Source of the DNA: Sulfurospirillum sp.
GTDB taxonomy: Bacteria; Campylobacterota; Campylobacteria; Campylobacterales; Sulfurospirillaceae
Assembly (NCBI GenBank): GCA_045047115.1
Contig: JASFYR010000011.1
Span: 1-63,035, forward strand
Direction: 5' to 3'
Length of the DNA stretch: 63,035 bases
Shown here piece after piece: positions 58,951 to 63,035 of this stretch (position 1 is its first letter; every line of letters starts with the position of its first letter). A program made the translations under genes and the position numbers. The notes under the pieces are model-generated. The model was not told the origin of the DNA, made no database searches, and was given only the letters and a program-made list of their open reading frames with translations.

Positions 58951-59691
58951 TTAAAGCAAAATTATCGCTTTCATTGCTGAGATGCTTAGGTTTAGGGGCT
59001 CTTCCCCCAGTGCTTCGAGGGAGTTTTTGACTCTGTCTATCATTAATGAGAGTGTTATCTCAAAGTTGAAATTTGAGTGATCCAAAAGGGTCTCTTTGCC
59101 ATTTTTTAGAGAAGGTAAATCTTCTACATTTTTGATAGTTATATCGTGATACTTTTTATTTAGCTCCAGTTGCCAGTTAAGCTGCCAGGTGGCAAATATA
59201 AATCTTCCATTTTTGTCTTTGGCATTTCTGATTTTCCATCTTAGGACTTTGAGTGTGTAGTAAACTTTTTTAAATAGATTTGCATCATATCCAAGAGCAG
59301 TCATATGATGACCATCTCCCAGACTGTAGGCTTTGTAAAACATCTTATAAAGTCCAAGAATTAAAAAATCACTTCTGTTTTTTACTCCCTTGTCAAATGC
59401 TTTTTTTATATAGTTGCTATATGAGCCTTCTTTAATGAGGTGCATCGTATCGTAACTTTGTTCTATGTCAAAAGTTATCTCCCCTGAGAGTTTTTTATTG
59501 CTTAGTTCGGGATTTCTTAAATCAAGGATTTTTTTATATTTTAAAAGTAAAATTGCCAGGTCCTGGTAGTCTCTGGATATGATTGTAGCGCTATTTGATT
59601 GTAGTATTTCTGATGTTCTTTGATTGTTCGAACATGCGCAGAAAAAAGATATGATAAATGATATTAAAATTATATTTAATAGGTATTTCAT
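58951..59691 (-). CDS. Hypothetical lipoprotein
   Basis: N-terminal hydrophobic stretch with lipobox-like FCAC; 246 aa. Confidence 0.65.
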   Translation of the reverse strand: MKYLLNIILISFIISFFCACSNNQRTSEILQSNSATIISRDYQDLAILLLKYKKILDLRNPELSNKKLSGEITFDIEQSYDTMHLIKEGSYSNYIKKAFDKGVKNRSDFLILGLYKMFYKAYSLGDGHHMTALGYDANLFKKVYYTLKVLRWKIRNAKDKNGRFIFATWQLNWQLELNKKYHDITIKNVEDLPSLKNGKETLLDHSNFNFEITLSLMIDRVKNSLEALGEEPLNLSISAMKAIILL

Positions 59692-59750
59692 CCCAAAAGT
59701 ATAGCATATTTTGCTATAATTCCAATCTATTTTGTTTAAAGGTTATTGTT

Positions 59751-60329
59751 TTGTTAAAAGTTGTTGAAATATTTTATTCTATACAGGGAGAGGGTGCCTT
59801 TGCCGGCGTTGCAAGTATATTTATTCGGCTTCATGGTTGCAATCTTGCCTGTTCGTTTTGTGATGATTCTTTGCATACAGGAAACTATAAAATATATGAT
59901 TTTGATGCAATCTTGGAAGAGATAAAAAGATATCCGTCCAAGCAAATCATCTTAACAGGTGGCGAACCGACACTTTATAATCTAAATGAATTTATAAATT
60001 TCTTACATACAGAGGGTTATTTTATTTGTGTCGAAACCAATGGTTATAGATTTGAAAATATAGAAAAAGCCGATTGGATAACATACAGCCCAAAAAATTG
60101 GGATGATATAAAAGAAGATTACTGGAGTGAAATTAAATTTATAGTTTCAAAAGAGAGTGATATAGAAAAAATAGTGAATTTTCAAACAAAAAAACCTGTC
60201 TTTATACAACCTTTAAACTTTTTTGATAAGCCAAATTTTGAAAATTTGGATTTTTGTATAGATATAGTTAAAAAATACCCAAATTTAAAACTTAGTATTC
60301 AAACGCATAAATTTTTAGGAGTGAGATAA
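59751..60329 (+). CDS. queE: 7-carboxy-7-deazaguanine synthase (radical SAM)
   Basis: EIFYSIQGEG, CNLACSFCD, TGGEP, ETNG, SPK, QTHK; TTG start 59751. Confidence 0.92.
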   Translation: MLKVVEIFYSIQGEGAFAGVASIFIRLHGCNLACSFCDDSLHTGNYKIYDFDAILEEIKRYPSKQIILTGGEPTLYNLNEFINFLHTEGYFICVETNGYRFENIEKADWITYSPKNWDDIKEDYWSEIKFIVSKESDIEKIVNFQTKKPVFIQPLNFFDKPNFENLDFCIDIVKKYPNLKLSIQTHKFLGVR

Positions 60330-61000
60330 TGCTCACCAAATCTTTGATTATATTTAGTGGAGGACAAGACAGCACAACTTGCCTTGGTTGGGCAAAAGAG
60401 AGATTTGATTATGTAGAGACTATCACATTTGATTATGGCCAAAAGCATAAGGTAGAGATAGAGCAGGCGAAAAAGATAGCAAAGATACTGGGTGTGAAAA
60501 ATACTCTGCTTAGTATAAATGCCTTTACGGAGTTAAACGACTCTGCGCTTATAGATTCTAACCTTGATATATCGAGTTCGCACCATACAAAGCCAAATCT
60601 TCCTGCTTCTTTTGTGCCAAATAGAAATGCAATATTTTTTACTCTAGCTCATGCATTTGCACAAAAACAAGGCATTAATCATCTGGTTACTGGTATAAAT
60701 CAGACTGATTATTCGGGTTATCCTGATTGCAGAGAAAACTTTGTAAAAGCACTTGAGATTGCACTAAATCTTGGTAGTGAATCAAATATAAAGTTTCACT
60801 ACCCACTGATGCACTTAAGCAAGGGCGAGACTTTTGAATTGGCAAAAAAAGAGGGTATTTTGGATATCGTAGTAAATGAATCACACACTTGTTACAACGG
60901 AGACCATAAAAGTTTTCATGACTGGGGATATGGTTGCGGTGAGTGTCCTGCTTGCTTGCTTAGGGCAAAAGGGTGGGAGGAGTTCGTAGCAAGAAGATAA
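60329..61000 (+). CDS. queC: 7-cyano-7-deazaguanine synthase
   Basis: SGGQDSTT, FVPNRN, YPDCR, CGECPAC. Confidence 0.96.
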   Translation: MLTKSLIIFSGGQDSTTCLGWAKERFDYVETITFDYGQKHKVEIEQAKKIAKILGVKNTLLSINAFTELNDSALIDSNLDISSSHHTKPNLPASFVPNRNAIFFTLAHAFAQKQGINHLVTGINQTDYSGYPDCRENFVKALEIALNLGSESNIKFHYPLMHLSKGETFELAKKEGILDIVVNESHTCYNGDHKSFHDWGYGCGECPACLLRAKGWEEFVARR

Positions 61001-61018
61001 CCTTGCTACGAGATTTTT
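60984..61018. terminator. Hairpin at convergent queC / DUF302 junction
   Basis: TCGTAGCAAG..CTTGCTACGA 10 bp stem then GATTTTT. Confidence 0.6.
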
Positions 61019-61454
61019 ACATTCCTGCTTTTGTTGTGATTTTATCCATAGCGTTTGATAGCTTTGGAAGCACAGCACAGCCTGCCAAGCCATAACTTTT
61101 ATCAAGATTTTTAGGATCTTTATACTCTATTTTTGTTTTTCCATCAAAATCTTTATAAACTAAAACTTTCATAGGAAGGTCGATAGCTGCCTTTATATCT
61201 CTTTGCATAATTCTAGTGCCTAACTTTGGATTACCAAAGATTATAAGTTTTGCATCTGTCATATCAGACCCTATACTTTTAGCACCAGCTCTAAAGTCGA
61301 TTGTTGCAAAAAGTGTGATACCTTTTTTCTTTAGTATTTTCTCTATTTTTGCTACCGTCACATCAACAGAATTTGCACTACTTTTAGCAGTCAAACCACC
61401 AGCACTCAAAGCCACAACAGCAAACAGACTTAAAATTAAAACCTTTAATTTCAT
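61017..61454 (-). CDS. DUF302 family exported protein
   Basis: Signal peptide; FATID, IFGNP..GT, DLP.K.LV. Confidence 0.88.
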   Translation of the reverse strand: MKLKVLILSLFAVVALSAGGLTAKSSANSVDVTVAKIEKILKKKGITLFATIDFRAGAKSIGSDMTDAKLIIFGNPKLGTRIMQRDIKAAIDLPMKVLVYKDFDGKTKIEYKDPKNLDKSYGLAGCAVLPKLSNAMDKITTKAGM

Positions 61455-61513
61455 ATTATCTCCTCAAATTTATTGAGTATTCTAACAAAAGAAAGTGCAT
61501 TTTATGTGTAGTT

Positions 61514-61552
61514 AATTCCAAGGGGGTCAATTCCAAGGTGGCAACTGACCCC
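61514..61552. repeat. Isolated REP-like palindrome
   Basis: GGGGTCA..TGACCCC inverted repeat plus AATTCCAAGG x2, GC-rich in an AT-rich spacer. Confidence 0.45.
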
Positions 61553-61624
61553 TATTTATTAATATAAAATTTTGTTTAATTATTATATTATACAGCTAAT
61601 ATTATTTTTATTAAAGGTTATGGG

Positions 61625-62815
61625 ATGCGTATATTTTTTTTGATTTTCTCGATATTTTTATGTTTTGCACAAGCAAGAGTTCCGCAAAGGTTTTCAAATA
61701 GTAAATATTGTATAGGGTGTCATACTCAAAAAGGGATTGATTGGAAAACAACTTGGCATTCAAAATCAAATTCTAAAAAGAATATTCTATATAAAAAGGT
61801 TATGACATATGTAAGCGATATGACATATAAATCATTTGGTAGCATAGAGGTTGAATGTGGACAATGTCATAGTCCTAAAATGGGTGTTAAAAAGATAGAT
61901 TTCTCTTATGACCTCTCAAAAATATTTGGAATAGAGACTAATGAGACTAAAAAAGTTGAAAATGCTATGCACAATGAGACTTCAGATGATGGAATATCCT
62001 GCATCATCTGTCACAATATAGCTAAAATCAAACATACTAAGCAAATAAACACAAGAGGTTTTGAAGCAGTAGAATTTGGTGCACCAGGAGTAATGTTCGG
62101 ACCTTTTAGCCAGAGTAATCGTACCACTTACCATAAAATGCAAAAGAAAGATTATTTTAACCAAGATGCGAATCGCCTGTGTTTGGTTTGTCACTATGGA
62201 TATAAATATAAAAATATTTATGATTATGCGACAGGTATTGAGTACAAACCTACAACAACTGATAAAAAATGTGTAGATTGTCATATGGGAGAGTTGAAAA
62301 AATCAATTGTTGCCCCAAATATAATTGGAAAAACAAAAGCAATTCAAAGAGAGACTAGGCGACATCTTTTTAAAGGAGCAAGAAATAGTGATATTTTAAA
62401 GAATTCACTTGATATATCAGTAGAAAAAAATAGTTCAACCATAAAAATTAAGATAAAAAATATAACACCACACAATGTTCCGACAGGTTTTACAGGTAGA
62501 GAGATAGAGGTTAGTGTTATGTATGAAAAAGATGGAAAGATTATAGGTAAGCAGTCACAAAAAATCAACACTCTTTATGTTGATGAAGATAATCAAGAGA
62601 CACTCTCTTATGTAGCAAGTAAAATGGTATATGACAAAAGATTAAAACCTAATGAAGTTAGAAGTTATATTTTTAATAATATAACAGGAGCAAATAGAGC
62701 TATAATTGATATAACATATAAACTTATAAAGAGTAGTTTGATACCACTATTAGACATACAAGATGGTGTATTTACAAAAAAATATAAAGTGTTCAGTTTA
62801 ACTCTTGATATATAA
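61625..62815 (+). CDS. Periplasmic pentaheme cytochrome c
   Basis: Signal peptide; CIGCH, CGQCH, CIICH, CLVCH, CVDCH; heme-free C-terminal domain (H.VPTG..GR). Confidence 0.88.
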   Translation: MRIFFLIFSIFLCFAQARVPQRFSNSKYCIGCHTQKGIDWKTTWHSKSNSKKNILYKKVMTYVSDMTYKSFGSIEVECGQCHSPKMGVKKIDFSYDLSKIFGIETNETKKVENAMHNETSDDGISCIICHNIAKIKHTKQINTRGFEAVEFGAPGVMFGPFSQSNRTTYHKMQKKDYFNQDANRLCLVCHYGYKYKNIYDYATGIEYKPTTTDKKCVDCHMGELKKSIVAPNIIGKTKAIQRETRRHLFKGARNSDILKNSLDISVEKNSSTIKIKIKNITPHNVPTGFTGREIEVSVMYEKDGKIIGKQSQKINTLYVDEDNQETLSYVASKMVYDKRLKPNEVRSYIFNNITGANRAIIDITYKLIKSSLIPLLDIQDGVFTKKYKVFSLTLDI

Positions 62816-62865
62816 AAACTTAAAAATTTGGATTGATTTGTTTTCGTAGCAAAATAAAGTGCATC

Positions 62866-63035
62866 TATGAGACCACTGCACAGTAACAACACCCACAATG
62901 TCAGTAGGTTTTCTATAGGCCGTGGCAATCGTTTGAAGGACTAACTGGTTAATTCAAAAACGATTAACGAAGCATATAGGAAACCTACTGACACCCGAAG
63001 GGAAGCCTATCTTTGGGCAATCTTTAAAAGATAAA
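62866..63035 (+). mobile_element. Second MITE-like structured element, truncated by window end
   Basis: 19 bp stem 62899-62917/62975-62993; linkers TGAAGG, TAACGAAG, CACCCGAAGGGAA and GGCAATCT match the minus strand of 6527-6800. Confidence 0.65.

Noticed and set aside
57677..61000. 7-deazaguanine DNA-modification (dpd) or phage-defence island from queD/queE/queC plus dUTPase
   Set aside because: No dpdA/tgt paralog, dpdB-K or other defence genes; consistent with ordinary queuosine biosynthesis and a housekeeping dUTPase.

Overview
AT-rich Campylobacterota (epsilonproteobacterial; gene order strongly Campylobacter/Sulfurospirillum-like) chromosomal window, mostly core genes: secY-map-infA, the alpha operon (rpmJ-rpsM-rpsK-rpsD-rpoA-rplQ), nfuA-murE-panD-ispA-tkt, a four-subunit pyruvate:ferredoxin oxidoreductase (porCDAB), hisZ-purA-carA, a PAS kinase/regulator pair, cbb3 oxidase ccoNOQP, addBA, rplM-rpsI, an ~11 kb accessory-looking block, a second single-chain PFOR, luxS, dUTPase, queD/queE/queC and a pentaheme cytochrome c. 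No tRNA, rRNA, CRISPR array, transposase or integrase was seen. The unexplained signal is non-coding. (1) A dispersed ~80 bp two-hairpin element occurs in five copies at three loci (secY x2, response regulator x1, rplM x2), with two more diverged copies before infA. It always sits directly in front of a start codon, has conserved linkers and compensatory stem changes, ends in an RBS, and in several copies is readable as a mini-ORF that preserves translational coupling. (2) A 274 bp MITE-like structured element is inserted between the RBS and start codon of suhB, and a covarying relative lies at the window end. (3) Two sibling sRNA-like genes carry C-rich anti-Shine-Dalgarno motifs. (4) Three genes appear to start at ATA codons. 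All functional interpretations are inference; no searches were run.
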